Shown: one piece after another, positions 40,992-56,781 of the stretch
Layout of the letters: every line of letters begins with the position of its first letter
Numbering within the stretch: position 1 is the first letter of the stretch
Program-made: the position numbers and the translations under genes
The notes under the pieces: generated by a model
Database searches by the model: none
Seen by the model: the letters and a program-made list of their open reading frames with translations, nothing else
Told to the model about the DNA's origin: nothing
Assembly: GCA_963775425.1 (NCBI GenBank)
Contig: CAVZJB010000013.1
Location: 257,592-321,591, forward strand
Direction: 5' to 3'
Length of the DNA: 64,000 nt
From: an uncultured delta proteobacterium
GTDB lineage: Bacteria; Myxococcota; UBA727; VGSZ01

Positions 40992-41325
40992 GGCGGGGGC
41001 TTGTCCCCCGCCTCGGAGAGACCCGGCGCCGTGCCAGCCAGGTCGACGCGCCGTAGCGCGGGGGCTTGTCCCCGCGCCGTAGGGCGGGGGCTTGTCCCCC
41101 GCGCCGTAGGGCGGGGGCTTGTCCCCCGCGCCGTAGGGCGGGGGCTTGTCCCCCGCCTCGGAGAGACCCGGCGCCGTGCCATGCGCGACGTCGTCGTCCC
41201 CGCCGCGGAGACCCGCAGCGCGAGACAGGCGCCGAGGGCGCGCGGCGTGGACATTCGCGGCGGGGCACACCGTCGTCGTCAACGACAAGCCCCGTCCCGC
41301 CGGGGATGTCGTCACGCCGCCAAGC
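40988..41325 (+). repeat. REP type 1 tandem array (26-27 bp period) plus flanking module
   Basis: GTAG at 40988, 41053, 41079, 41106 and 41133; the first REP supplies the OmpA stop codon. Confidence 0.9.
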
Positions 41326-41419
41326 CCGGTTGACGCGCTGCGCGCAAGGACGTCGGCCTGACGACGGAGACGCAGCGATCGCTTGTTGACCGCCGCGCGG
41401 TTCCCTCTACCGTGACACG

Positions 41420-43453
<2,034 letters not shown>

Positions 43454-43506
43454 GGGCCCGGCGGTCCCGGCTGGCGCGACGCGAGGAACACCGCTAGGCG
43501 CAGGGG

Positions 43507-45156
<1,650 letters not shown>

Positions 45157-45178
45157 GCCGACCTCGGGGTGAAGAAAC

Positions 45179-45350
45179 GCGGGGGACAAGCCCCCGCCCT
45201 ACGCGTCGTCGACGGAGCCGACGGAGCCGACGGTGCCGACGGAGCCGACGGAGCCGACGGTGCCGACGGTGCCGACGGTGCCGACGGAGCCGACGGTGCC
45301 GACGGTGCCGACGGTGCCGACGTCGCGAGCGGGTTGAAACGCGCGCCCGG
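45179..45350. repeat. inverted REP plus 9-bp tandem repeat GACGG(A/T)GCC x12
   Basis: REP at 45179-45202(-); units from 45211 to 45318. Confidence 0.92.
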
Positions 45351-45354
45351 GAGC

Positions 45355-46200
45355 TCAGAGCGCCGCGACGACCACCCTGCTCGCGCTCACGCGCGACCCC
45401 GCGCTGGACAGGTCGGCGCCGCACGCGTCGGCGAGCATGACGAGGTCCCGGTCGGACTCGACGTGAAACCCCGCGCGCTCCAGCAGGGCGCTCATCTGCT
45501 CGACGGTCCAGAAAGACCGCAGCGGCTCGTTCTTCCAGACGCTCGGCAGGGCCGGCGGCGGGGCCGCCGGGACCGCCGGCGGCACGACAGGCGGCGCTTG
45601 ATACGCGATCGCGATGCGGCTGCCGGGGGCCGAGCGGCGCCGCACGACGGCGAGCGAGGCCTCGACGTCGGCGGGCGCGAGGTACGGGATGACGCCCTCC
45701 CACAGCCACGTCGTCGGCTCGAGCGGCTCGTGCCCGGCGGCGGCCAACGCGGCGTCGAGCGAGTCGCTCACGAAGTCGACGGCGACAAATCGGATCTCCT
45801 TCGCGGTGGGCTGCAGCGTGGCCGCGCGCGCGCGCTTCGCGGTCTGCGTCGCGGGGTGGTCCACCTCGAAGACCACGGTGCGAGACAGCTCGCTCATGCG
45901 CCACGCGCGCCCGTCGAGCCCTGCCCCGAGGTTCACGAGCTGCGGGTTGGTCACGGCGCGAATCGCGTCGTCGATCGCCACCGTGCGCGCCACCATCACC
46001 TCGGAGCGCATGCGGATCAGGAGGTCCCGCGGATCGGGCTCGCCGTCGCCCCGGAGCCGCGCGAGCGCCTCGCGGGCATCAGCGGAGAGGAACGTCTCCG
46101 CGGTCGGGTCCGAGAACTTCGGAGCCTTCGTCTTCCCGTGCGCGGCCGCGCGTGCGAGGCACACGAACTCGGCGGTCTTGCTGCCCTCGTCCTCTTTCAT
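45355..46200 (-). CDS. SAM-dependent methyltransferase (LCM family)
   Basis: RTVAIDDA, QLVNLGAGLDGRAWR, FEVDHP, WLWEGVIPYL. Confidence 0.9.
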   Translation of the reverse strand: MKEDEGSKTAEFVCLARAAAHGKTKAPKFSDPTAETFLSADAREALARLRGDGEPDPRDLLIRMRSEVMVARTVAIDDAIRAVTNPQLVNLGAGLDGRAWRMSELSRTVVFEVDHPATQTAKRARAATLQPTAKEIRFVAVDFVSDSLDAALAAAGHEPLEPTTWLWEGVIPYLAPADVEASLAVVRRRSAPGSRIAIAYQAPPVVPPAVPAAPPPALPSVWKNEPLRSFWTVEQMSALLERAGFHVESDRDLVMLADACGADLSSAGSRVSASRVVVAAL

Positions 46201-46298
46201 CCGGGTCTCCTGAGCTGCGAGCAAACGGCGAGCGTAGCGAACGCGGGGTTCCGCCCCCAGTGCGCGTGCGCTCCGCGTGATCCGGCGGTGCGTCCGGG

Positions 46299-48137
<1,839 letters not shown>

Positions 48138-48155
48138 GTCCCGCATATAGCATCC

Positions 48156-49337
48156 GTGGCCGCCCCGTCCGCCCCCCTCCGCGGGAAGATCGTCGTCGTC
48201 GGCGCGGGCCTGCTCGGGCTCGCCGCGTCGGCGGAGCTCGCGCGACGCGGCTTTTCGGTCACCGTCCTCGAGAAGGCCGTGCCGGGCGCGGAGGCGTCCA
48301 CGGCGGCGGCGGGCATCCTCGGGCCTCAGCTCGAGCACGACGACGACGGCCCCACCCTCGACCTCGGCGTCGCCGGCGCGCGCGCCACCCTCGACCTCGT
48401 CCGCGCGCTCGAGCGCGAGCTCCCCGCGGGCGAGGGCGCCGTGGACCTCGTGAGAAACGGCGCCCTCAAGGCGGCCTTCGACGAGGACGACGCCCGCGCC
48501 CTGGAGAAGCGCGTCGCCTGGCAGCGCGCCCGCGGCCTGCGCGCCGAGCTCGTCGACGGCGCCGAGGCCCGGCGCCTGGTGCCCGCCCTCGGCGAGGGCG
48601 TCCTGCGCGCCGCCGTGTTCCCCGACGACCACTGCCTCGACCCGCGCGCCTATGGCCGCGCCCTGCTCGCGCTCGCCCGGGCCCGCGGCGTCGTGGTCAA
48701 GACCGGCGTGCCCCTGGTGCGGCTGCTCGTCGACGGCGGCCGCTGCGGCGGCGCCGTCCTCGACGACGGCGCGCGCGTCGAAGGCGACGCCGTGCTCGTC
48801 TGCGCCGGCGCGTGGTCCGCGCGGGTGCCCGGCGTCGCGGAGCTCGCGGGGCTCGACCCCGACGACGTGCACCCCGTGCGCGGCCAGGTGCTGCAACTGT
48901 CGCCGCCGACGACGACGACGACGACGTCGACGGCAGCGCGCGTCGACCGCGTCGTCTACGGCGCCGGCGCCTACGCCGTCCCCCGCGGCGACGGCCGCGT
49001 GGTCTGCGGGGCCACCACGGAGAACGTCGGCTTCGAAAAGCGCGTCACCGCGGCCGGCGTGCACGCGCTGCTCGACCGCGTGTTGCGGGCGCTGCCCGCG
49101 CTCGGCGGCCACACGCTGTCGTCGACGTGGGCGGGGCTGCGCCCTGCCACGCGGGACGGCCTGCCGCTGCTCGGGGAGACGCGGGCGCCGGGGCTGTGGC
49201 TGTCGACGGGCCACTACCGAAACGGCGTCCTGCTCGCGGCGGTGAGCGCGGAGATCATCGGGGCCATGGTCGACGGAGAACGGCCGAACGTCGACGTGGC
49301 GCCCTTCAGCCCGAAGCGGATAGGCTTTCAAGCATGA
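48156..49337 (+). CDS. thiO: glycine oxidase ThiO-like FAD oxidoreductase
   Basis: GAGLLG, ASTAAAGILGP, PVRGQ, WAGLRPAT, GHYRNGVLLA. Confidence 0.85.
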   Translation: MAAPSAPLRGKIVVVGAGLLGLAASAELARRGFSVTVLEKAVPGAEASTAAAGILGPQLEHDDDGPTLDLGVAGARATLDLVRALERELPAGEGAVDLVRNGALKAAFDEDDARALEKRVAWQRARGLRAELVDGAEARRLVPALGEGVLRAAVFPDDHCLDPRAYGRALLALARARGVVVKTGVPLVRLLVDGGRCGGAVLDDGARVEGDAVLVCAGAWSARVPGVAELAGLDPDDVHPVRGQVLQLSPPTTTTTTSTAARVDRVVYGAGAYAVPRGDGRVVCGATTENVGFEKRVTAAGVHALLDRVLRALPALGGHTLSSTWAGLRPATRDGLPLLGETRAPGLWLSTGHYRNGVLLAAVSAEIIGAMVDGERPNVDVAPFSPKRIGFQA

Positions 49338-49648
49338 AGCACATGGTGCCCCACGACCTGTCTTTCGACCTCGCCAAGAAGGCCGCCGACGCGGCTCTTC
49401 AGTCCTACAAGGCGCGCTTCCCCGACTACGACCCGCAGGTGACGTGGACCGACGACAAGACCGCCAACGTGGCGCTCAAGGCCAAGGGCATCTCGCTCAA
49501 GGGCGTCTTCGAGATCCTCCCCGACGCCATCGCCATGGACATGGAGGTGCCGTTCCTGTTGCGGCCGTTCAAGAGCAAGGCGCTCGAGGTGATCGAGGAG
49601 CAGATCCGCATCTGGATCGGCAAAGCCAAAAACGGCGAGCTCACCTGA
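49334..49648 (+). CDS. polyhydroxyalkanoic acid system family protein
   Basis: MKHMVPHDL..VPFLLRPFK..IEEQIRIW pattern. Confidence 0.65.
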   Translation: MKHMVPHDLSFDLAKKAADAALQSYKARFPDYDPQVTWTDDKTANVALKAKGISLKGVFEILPDAIAMDMEVPFLLRPFKSKALEVIEEQIRIWIGKAKNGELT

Positions 49649-50381
49649 GGTCGGCGGCGCGGAACACCCGCGCCTCGGTGCTGCGCCACAGCGCCTCCCG
49701 CCCCATGCCCATGCCCCAGGCGAACAGCCCGCCCGTCCCGTCGAGGACGTCGCGCGTGGCGCGGTTGGCGGCGGTGACGGCGTCGTCGACGTCGACGCCC
49801 TGCACCAGCTTCGGCAGGAAGAACGCGTAGAACACCGGGGCCACGTTGGGGCCGCCGTGGCCCACGAACATCTCTGCGCCGAGCGCCAGCCAGCGCGGTC
49901 CGTAGCGCGCGCCGTCGCCGCCGGTGTCGTAGACGAGGTGGAGCGCGGGCCGCTCATCGGGCGGCATCCGCTCCACCCACGGCACGTAGCTCCTGCCGAG
50001 GTCGAGGAGGAACAGGTCCACGGAGCAGCCCGCTCGCTGCGCCGCCGACAGCGCGGCGACGACGCGCGCGTGGCCGTCGTCCCGGTCGTCGGCGGTGATG
50101 TACGCCCAGGCGTCGTAGCGCTCGGCGAGGAGCGGCTCCGTGAACACGTGCGTGCCCACCTGCTCGAAGCGCGGCACGCGGTCGCGCAGCGCCACCGCGG
50201 CGCGACAGGGCCCTCCGCGGCGGACACCGTCACCGCTCGAGCCGTCGACGGCGGCGGGGCGCGGCAGGGCGTGGGAGATGCGCAGCGGCAGCGCCACCGC
50301 CAGCACCGATCCCGCCAGCGCCGACAGCAGCACGACGAACGAGAGGGTGGCGAGGCCGCGCGCGCGCATCGGCCGGATCAT
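49641..50381 (-). CDS. hypothetical exported protein
   Basis: N-terminal hydrophobic segment, good coding bias. Confidence 0.5.
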   Translation of the reverse strand: MIRPMRARGLATLSFVVLLSALAGSVLAVALPLRISHALPRPAAVDGSSGDGVRRGGPCRAAVALRDRVPRFEQVGTHVFTEPLLAERYDAWAYITADDRDDGHARVVAALSAAQRAGCSVDLFLLDLGRSYVPWVERMPPDERPALHLVYDTGGDGARYGPRWLALGAEMFVGHGGPNVAPVFYAFFLPKLVQGVDVDDAVTAANRATRDVLDGTGGLFAWGMGMGREALWRSTEARVFRAADLR

Positions 50382-50414
50382 GGCGCCTCGCCGGCGCAGG
50401 GCGTGTGTCCCCGA

Positions 50415-51761
50415 TCAACCCGGCAGCGCGCGCACCCACAGGCCGTGCTTCATGCGCATGGTCACCGTGGGGTCGGGGACCACCGGGTGTCCCGGCACGC
50501 GCTCGAAGCGGAAGCTCCGCAGGAGCGCGGCGAGGATGACCTTGGCCTCGAGGATGGCGAGCTGGTCGCCGATGCACTTGCGCGGCCCGCCGAGAAACGG
50601 GAAGTACGCGTACTTCGGCCGCGCGGGGTCCTCGACCAGGAACCGCTCGGGGTCGAAGCGCAGCGGATCGCGCCACAGCTTCGGGTGGCGGTGCACCGTC
50701 CACTGCGACACGAACAGCATCCTCCCCCGGGGTACGCGGTAGCCGGCGAGCACGTCGTCGCTCTCGGCGTAGCGCGCGACCATCCACACGGGCGGGTACA
50801 GCCGGAAGGTCTCCTTGAGGACGGCGTCGAGGTACGGGAGGCGCGCGACCGGGTCGTCGCCGGCGAGCTCCGCGCGCAGCCTGTCTTCGACCCCGGGGTT
50901 GTCGAGGAGCGCGTGCAGCGCCCAGGACACCGCCATCGACGTGGTCTCGTGCCCCGCCGAAAACAGCGTGGTGACCTCGTCCTTGAGCTGCGCGTCGGTC
51001 ATGCGCTCGCCGGTCTCTTCGTCGACGGCCTCCATCAGCATCGACAGGAGGTCGTGGTGCTCCGCCGTGCCCGCGCGCCGGCGGGTCTCGATGACGTCGA
51101 CGACGAGCGCGTCGAGGTCGTTGCGGGCGCTCACGAAGCGACGGTTGGCCGGGGTGGGCACGAACAGCGGCGCGTTGATGCCGACGGTCCGCTTGATGAG
51201 CTGATGCAGCAGCTCGTTGATGGCGCGGCCGGCGGCGTCGCTGTCGCCGCTGACGTCGACGGAGAACAGCAGCTCTCCGATGATGCGCATGGTGAGCTTC
51301 ATCATCGCCTGGCTGATGTCGAAGCCGTCGGTGCTCTCCGCGATGGCGGCGACGGCCTCGCCGGTGTCGCGCTCGATGGTGCGCATGAAGCCCGCGAGCC
51401 GCTCTCGGTGGAACGCCGGCTGCGCGATGCGGCGCTGGCGCAGCCAGAACGAGCCCTCGCTCGTGACCAGGCCGTTGCCGAACACCTTGCGCAACTGCGC
51501 GTAGCCGCGCGTCTGCTTCGTGTAGTTCTTGACGTTGTCGACGAGGATGCGCTCGACGGCCTCCGGGTCGGACACCACCACGATGCTCCGCACGCCGGCG
51601 CGGACGCCGCCGACATCGCCGACCTCGTCCCGCACGCGCGTGAGGAGGGCGAGCGGGTCGGCGGCGAGGTCGCGCAGGTGGCCGAGGCCGGGCAACCCGC
51701 CCGGCAGCACCGGAACGGAGCGCGGGCGAAGACGGGGAGCGTCGAGGGTTGCTGCGACCAT
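50415..51761 (-). CDS. cytochrome P450
   Basis: AGHETT, ETFRLYPP, FDPERF, FLGGPRKCIG heme motif. Confidence 0.96.
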   Translation of the reverse strand: MVAATLDAPRLRPRSVPVLPGGLPGLGHLRDLAADPLALLTRVRDEVGDVGGVRAGVRSIVVVSDPEAVERILVDNVKNYTKQTRGYAQLRKVFGNGLVTSEGSFWLRQRRIAQPAFHRERLAGFMRTIERDTGEAVAAIAESTDGFDISQAMMKLTMRIIGELLFSVDVSGDSDAAGRAINELLHQLIKRTVGINAPLFVPTPANRRFVSARNDLDALVVDVIETRRRAGTAEHHDLLSMLMEAVDEETGERMTDAQLKDEVTTLFSAGHETTSMAVSWALHALLDNPGVEDRLRAELAGDDPVARLPYLDAVLKETFRLYPPVWMVARYAESDDVLAGYRVPRGRMLFVSQWTVHRHPKLWRDPLRFDPERFLVEDPARPKYAYFPFLGGPRKCIGDQLAILEAKVILAALLRSFRFERVPGHPVVPDPTVTMRMKHGLWVRALPG

Positions 51762-51788
51762 GTTGCCTCCTTCACGGCACGGACCTAG

Positions 51789-51824
51789 AATATGAGCGAT
51801 TGCTCGCATTGGTTACTCGCATTC
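51789..51824. promoter_or_regulatory. putative TetR operator between the divergent P450 and TetR genes
   Basis: AT-rich ATGAGCGATTGCTCGCATT dyad and repeated CTCGCATT. Confidence 0.5.
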
Positions 51825-51846
51825 ATCCGTCGACGGAGATCAGGCC

Positions 51847-52449
51847 ATGAGCCCTTCCAGCGCTCGCAAACAACCCCGGCAGGAGCGTGCGCGCGTCACG
51901 GTCGACGCGCTCCTGGAGGCCACGGCGCAGGTGTTGGTCGAAGAGGGCTACGACGGCGCCAGCACGAACAAGATCGCGGCGCGGGCGGGGGTCTCGGTCG
52001 GCTCCCTCTACCAATACTTCGAGAGCAAGGAGCAGCTCGTCATCGCCGTCGGCGAGCACCACCACCAGCAGCTCATGAGCGTCGCCGCCGCCGCCGCCGC
52101 CGACATCGACGAGCTGCCGCTGCCGCGGGTCGTCGACGTCATCATCGGGGCCATGCTCGACGCCCACGCCGTCGACCCGGAGCTGCACCGCGTCCTCAGC
52201 GAGCAGATCCCGCAGGCGCTCATCACCTCGCGCATCGAAGAGGACGGCGTCGCGTTCCTGCGGGCGATGTTCGACGTGCATCGTGACAAGATCCGCCCCG
52301 ACATCAACGTCGACGCCGCCGTCTTCGTCCTCGTTCACGCGGTGGAAGGCGTCACCCACGCCGCGGCCCTCGACGACACCGGCAAGCTCAAGGACAAGCG
52401 CGTCCGCCGCGAGCTGGCTTCGATGATCACGGCGTACCTTCGACCCTGA
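51847..52449 (+). CDS. TetR/AcrR family regulator
   Basis: RKQPRQERA..IAARAGVSVGSLYQYFESKE. Confidence 0.95.
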   Translation: MSPSSARKQPRQERARVTVDALLEATAQVLVEEGYDGASTNKIAARAGVSVGSLYQYFESKEQLVIAVGEHHHQQLMSVAAAAAADIDELPLPRVVDVIIGAMLDAHAVDPELHRVLSEQIPQALITSRIEEDGVAFLRAMFDVHRDKIRPDINVDAAVFVLVHAVEGVTHAAALDDTGKLKDKRVRRELASMITAYLRP

Positions 52450-52476
52450 GCGCGCCGCGCGGGGTATGCTGCCGTC

Positions 52477-53475
52477 GTGGACCTGACGGCCCTGCTCCGC
52501 GGCGACCCCGCGACCTTGGACACGTTCCTCGACGACGACGACGCCCTCGCTGACCTCATCGCGCACGCGACCGGGTCGCCGGCGCCGGCGCCGGCGTTCG
52601 CGCGGGCGCTCGCGTCCCGGGCGTCGCCGCGAAGCTGGCGCGCGCTGTGGACGCGCGGGGCCCGACGGTTGCGCGCGCGCCGCGAGCGACGGGGGGAGAC
52701 CGTCGTGCTCACCGAGGAGCAGGTGTGGCGCGCGGCCGCCGCCGCCTTCGCGTTCGAGTCGCTCCTGCAGGCGGCGCCACCGATCGATCCCGCGGTGCTC
52801 GAGGTGCGCCTGCTGCGCCTCGAGGAGGATGAGGCGCCGCCGCCGGACGCGGTGCGGCTGCTCTACGGCGACATCGTCGCTGCGGCGCCGCGCACGTCGC
52901 TGCACACGGCGGCGGCTCTCCTGGTTGCGCGCGCTGCGTTGCCGCGCGGCGTGGTGGCGAGCCTCGCGCGCATCGACGAGGCCGCCGCGGTCGCCGAGGC
53001 GGACCCGGCCCTGCGCCCCCACGTCGCGCGCATCCGCGTGGCGGTGCTGTTCTTCGCCGGGCAGTACGAGGAAGCGGTCGCGACGTTCTCCGCTCGCCCC
53101 CGCGTGGAGGGCCTCGGCGCGTTCCGCGCGCCCATCGTCGATGCGTGGCGGCTGCCGCACCGCCGCCCGCGCGACCGCGTCGTGGCGGCCGCCGACGAGC
53201 TCACGCAGATCGTGCGCTGGGCCGACGACGCCACGCCGGAGTGGGCCCGCGGCCTCGGCGTGCTCGCGGCGCGCCTGGAGAGGAAGAAGCGCGCCGACGC
53301 CGTCGTGGTCAGGCGCGCGTTCGAAGAGGCCCTCGACCGTGTGCTCGCCGTCGACGAGGCGCGCCCCCCGGACAAGGAGGTCTGGGAGACGGAGCTCGAG
53401 GTGGTGGTGCGCCAGCTCCTCGAGCGGGGCGAGGCGGACACCGCGGCGCAGGCGCGGGCGCGGGCGCGGCGCTGA
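52477..53475 (+). CDS. hypothetical protein
   Basis: Long ORF with GC3 bias, helical/TPR-like. Confidence 0.5.
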   Translation: MDLTALLRGDPATLDTFLDDDDALADLIAHATGSPAPAPAFARALASRASPRSWRALWTRGARRLRARRERRGETVVLTEEQVWRAAAAAFAFESLLQAAPPIDPAVLEVRLLRLEEDEAPPPDAVRLLYGDIVAAAPRTSLHTAAALLVARAALPRGVVASLARIDEAAAVAEADPALRPHVARIRVAVLFFAGQYEEAVATFSARPRVEGLGAFRAPIVDAWRLPHRRPRDRVVAAADELTQIVRWADDATPEWARGLGVLAARLERKKRADAVVVRRAFEEALDRVLAVDEARPPDKEVWETELEVVVRQLLERGEADTAAQARARARR

Positions 53476-53519
53476 CCTTGGCGCTGGCGCTCGGGTGCGC
53501 GCCGCGGTACGCGCGAAGC

Positions 53520-53831
53520 GTGAGAAGACGCGGCCAGAACAACGAAGCATGGATGGCGCGGTGGCGCGACGGGTGCTGCCCCGTCCACGGCGGCGGCCTC
53601 GTCGATGATGACGCCGGCGACGGCCTCGTGCGCTGCAGCGTCGAGGAGTGCACCGTGCGCGCGAAGCGCTTCGCGGCCGGCGACGCGTACCACGCCTCCT
53701 TCGGCTGGCGCGAAGGGCCCGAGGAGATCCGCGCGCTGCTGGCCAAGGCGGGCGACATCGCCGCCCAAGGGGATGAGCCCGGTCCGCGCGCGCGCCGGGT
53801 GCGCACCTCGTATTCGCTCGAGCCGCGCTGA
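53520..53831 (+). CDS. small Cys/His (possible zinc-binding) protein
   Basis: CCPVHG..RCSVEEC; start uncertain. Confidence 0.45.
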   Translation: MRRRGQNNEAWMARWRDGCCPVHGGGLVDDDAGDGLVRCSVEECTVRAKRFAAGDAYHASFGWREGPEEIRALLAKAGDIAAQGDEPGPRARRVRTSYSLEPR

Positions 53832-54089
53832 CGTCCACCTCGGCGCGCGGCTCCGCTTTTCGGCGAACGGGCGGGGGCTCGTCCCCCGCGTCTGTCGCAC
53901 GCGGAGGATCGGCGACGGGTGACGGGCGACGCGAGAGAGATCGAGGAGACGAGGAACGAGGAACGAAGAACACGAGGTGCGCGGAAGCGACATCGACTCG
54001 GACGCTCGGCCGGCGGCCAGCGGATCGCGGCCGGCGGAGATCGGACCTCGACGCGCGGCGAGGCCGAGCCCCGCCGCGCGCGGCGAGCC

Positions 54090-54422
54090 TCAGCGAAACT
54101 TGTAGAGCATGGCGCAGAAGTGGTCGCAGCGGTCCTGGCCGACGTCGCGCTCCGCGGCGGTGACGGCCTCGCTCAGGAACGCGATGTCGAGGATGGCGCT
54201 CACCTCGCGCGCGCTCCCGGCGGCGATGTCGAAGTACCGTGCGCGCTCCTTCGCCGACTGCTTGCGACAGCCCTCGGAGAAATTGAGCGTGATGGATGAC
54301 GACGCGCGGCGCAGTTGGTCCTTGAGGTCCGCGAAGCCCGGCGGAAACTGCTTCGCGAGCTGGAAGCACTGGCCGTAGATCTCCAGCGACTTCCCGTAGA
54401 GGCGAGTGTCTCGGTAGTCCAT
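54090..54422 (-). CDS. four helix bundle protein (23S rRNA IVS / TIGR02436-like)
   Basis: LKDQLRRASSSITLNFSEG..RARYFDIAAGSAREV; AAGGAGG RBS. Confidence 0.92.
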   Translation of the reverse strand: MDYRDTRLYGKSLEIYGQCFQLAKQFPPGFADLKDQLRRASSSITLNFSEGCRKQSAKERARYFDIAAGSAREVSAILDIAFLSEAVTAAERDVGQDRCDHFCAMLYKFR

Positions 54423-54625
54423 GTTCAATCCTCCTTCGAAGGCCGAGCACGGCGGCCTTCAAAGCCTGCGTGGCCGCCGCGCGCAGGCCGAGAAGGAGGA
54501 CGAACATGGCCTCGGGGTCACTCGCCGTTTCAGGAAGTGCTGTCGGTCGTAGGCCGGTTCTCGACGAGAGAGTGCTCGCGCTTCATGGCCTGGCCCGTGT
54601 GGTCTTCGCGAACCCCGACGTGGGG

Positions 54626-54720
54626 CCAACCGGCTGCCGCGCGGTTTCAGCAACCTGAAGGACGAGCTGCGCCGCGCGTCGGCCTCGGTGACGTTGAACT
54701 TCTGCGAGGGGGCCATCGAG
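54626..54720 (+). pseudogene. internal fragment of the 55434 four-helix-bundle gene
   Basis: Encodes ANRLPRGFSNLKDELRRASASVTLNFCEG, near-identical to 55500-55587. Confidence 0.85.
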
Positions 54721-55433
54721 CGTCCTACCGCGCGGCGAATGGGTTCGAAGCGCGCGCCCGGTGTGACGATTTCCGAACCGCGCTGCGAAACGACGACGGC
54801 ATTGCGGCCGGCGCGTAGGGCGCCCCCTCGTGGGGCGCGTCGGGGGGGACCGGCACCTTCGATGGCGCCGGGTCACTCCGATGCGGGGGCAAGCCCCCGC
54901 CCTACGGGTCCTCGATCGTGGCCGACGTCGCGAAACGCGCGCCCGGTGTGACGACTTTCAAACGGCCCCGCGGAGGATCAGCGACGGGTGATGGGCGACG
55001 CGAGAGAGATCGAGGAGACGAGGAGCGAGGAACGAAGAACACGAGGTGCGCTGAAGCGACATCGACTCGGACGCTCGGCCGGCGGCCAGCGGATCGCGGA
55101 CGGCGGAGATCGGACCTCGACGCGCGGCGAGGCCGAGCCCCGCCGCGCGCGCCGAGCCTCAGCGAAACTTGTAGAGCATGGCGCAGAAGTGCACGGCGGC
55201 CTTCAGAGCCTGCGTGGCCGCCGCGCGCAGGCCGAGAAGGAGGACGAACATGGCCTCGGGGTCACTCGCCGTTTCAGGAAAGTGCTGTCGGTCGTAGGCC
55301 GGTTCTCGACGAGAGAGTGCTCGCGCTTCATGGCCTGGCCCGTGTGGTCTTCGCGAACCCCGACGTGGGGCCCTCAAGCGCTTCGCGCTTTTGACGAGGG
55401 CCCCACGTCGGGGATCCGCAAGGAGACCAGGCC

Positions 55434-55766
55434 ATGAAGCACGAGCACTCCCGCATCTACCTCACCTCGCGCGCGCTCAACCGCGAGGCTGCCGCGCTCG
55501 CCAACCGGCTGCCGCGTGGCTTCAGCAACCTGAAGGACCAGCTTCGCCGCGCGTCGGCCTCGGTGACGTTGAACTTCTGCGAGGGGAGCCGGCACGAGTC
55601 GCTCGCGGAGCGTGGGCGCTACTTCCGGATCGCGTCCGGGAGCGCCGCCGAGGTGAGCGCCATCGCGGATGTCGCGGAGGACTTCGGCGTCATCGCTCCC
55701 GAGCAGCACGCGGCCATCAAGGACTACTGCAATCACCTGTGCGCGATGCTGCGGCTGTACCGGTGA
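55434..55766 (+). CDS. four helix bundle protein (second paralog)
   Basis: LKDQLRRASASVTLNFCEG..GRYFRIASGSAAEV; AAGGAG RBS. Confidence 0.92.
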   Translation: MKHEHSRIYLTSRALNREAAALANRLPRGFSNLKDQLRRASASVTLNFCEGSRHESLAERGRYFRIASGSAAEVSAIADVAEDFGVIAPEQHAAIKDYCNHLCAMLRLYR

Positions 55767-55969
55767 TGGCCGCTCGGCGGCGGAGCTCTGCGGAGCTTCG
55801 CCGCTCTCTCGATCGGGAAGGGCGACGCGAGAGATGCGGGAGGGGTCGAGGGCCCGACAGAACGAGGACACGAGGGACACGAGGGCGGCCCGGATCGGAT
55901 CCGCGGCCGGCGGCAAGCGGCTCGCGGCCGGCGGAGATCGGAGCGAGACCGCCCCCAGGCTCAACGGGT

Positions 55970-56462
55970 TCGAGACGCGCGCCCGGGTGTGACGATTTGC
56001 GAACCGCGGTGCGTAGGGCGGGGGCTTGTCCCCCGCATCCCCACGCGCGCCCGCCGACGGAAAAGGCGGGGGACGAGCCCCCGCCCTACGGGTCGTCGAC
56101 GTAGCCGACGTCGCGAATGGCTCGAAACGCGCGCCCGGGTGTGACGATTTGCGAACCGCGGTGCGTAGGGCGGGGGCTTGTCCCCCCGCGTCCCCACGCG
56201 CGCCCGCCGACGGAAAAGGCGGGGGACGAGCCCCCTACGGGTCGTCGACGTAGCCGACGTCGCGAATGGCTCGAAGCGCGCGCCCGGTGTGACGATTTGC
56301 GAACCGCGGTGCGTAGGGCGGGGGCTTGTCCCCCGCATCCCCACGCGCGCCCGCCGACGGAAAAGGCGGGGGACGAGCCCCCGCCCTACGGGTCGTCGAC
56401 GTAGCCGACGTCGCGAATGGGCTCGAAACGCGCGCCCGGCTTGACGATTTTCGAACCGCGCT
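55970..56462. repeat. BIME/REPIN-like array: ~150-bp unit x3 plus a partial, each with a convergent REP pair
   Basis: Unit starts at 55987, 56139, 56287 and partial at 56440; GTAGGGCGGGGGCTTGTCCCCCGC..GCGGGGGACGAGCCCCCGCCCTAC. Confidence 0.92.
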
Positions 56463-56781
56463 GCGTGCGGTCGGCGCTTGACGCCGCAGGCGCCCACTGT
56501 TCCGTGATTGCTGCTGGACGGTAGAGTGCGGCTTCACGGCCGCTCGCGCTCGCGGCGGCTACATCGTCGCCGCGACGTATCCAGTCACGACGAAAAGATG
56601 GGTGCTGACAGCGCAGAGATGAATGGCGAGTCCTTCGTTTCAAGCATGCTCGACACCGGAGACACCGTTGGATCGGGAAGTCCGACGAACCGGGACATTT
56701 CCTGTCGACCGTCCGCCTCTTGTGCCGTTGTCGTTTGCCGCTGTTCTCTCTTCTTCTTGTTCTTCTTGTTCATCGCAGACC

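Larger units (their letters stand above)
53870..55372. repeat. imperfect direct duplication of noncoding modules flanking four-helix-bundle genes
   Basis: About 53900-54122 matches 54970-55191, and 54448-54627 matches 55192-55372; REPs at 53870, 54815 and 54883. Confidence 0.85.

Noticed and set aside
45169-45350. Collagen-like (DGA)n coding sequence
   Set aside because: It is a 9-bp expansion within a REP-associated element between convergent genes; no RBS, and the rest of the ORF is antisense to the methyltransferase.
53870-55800. Diversity-generating retroelement (Avd-like genes plus repeated copies as TR/VR)
   Set aside because: No reverse transcriptase in the window, and differences between copies are deletions and mixed substitutions, not evidently adenine-specific.
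55970-56462. CRISPR array or repeat-protein CDS
   Set aside because: The intervening sequences are near-identical and the unit length is irregular; this is a REP doublet array.
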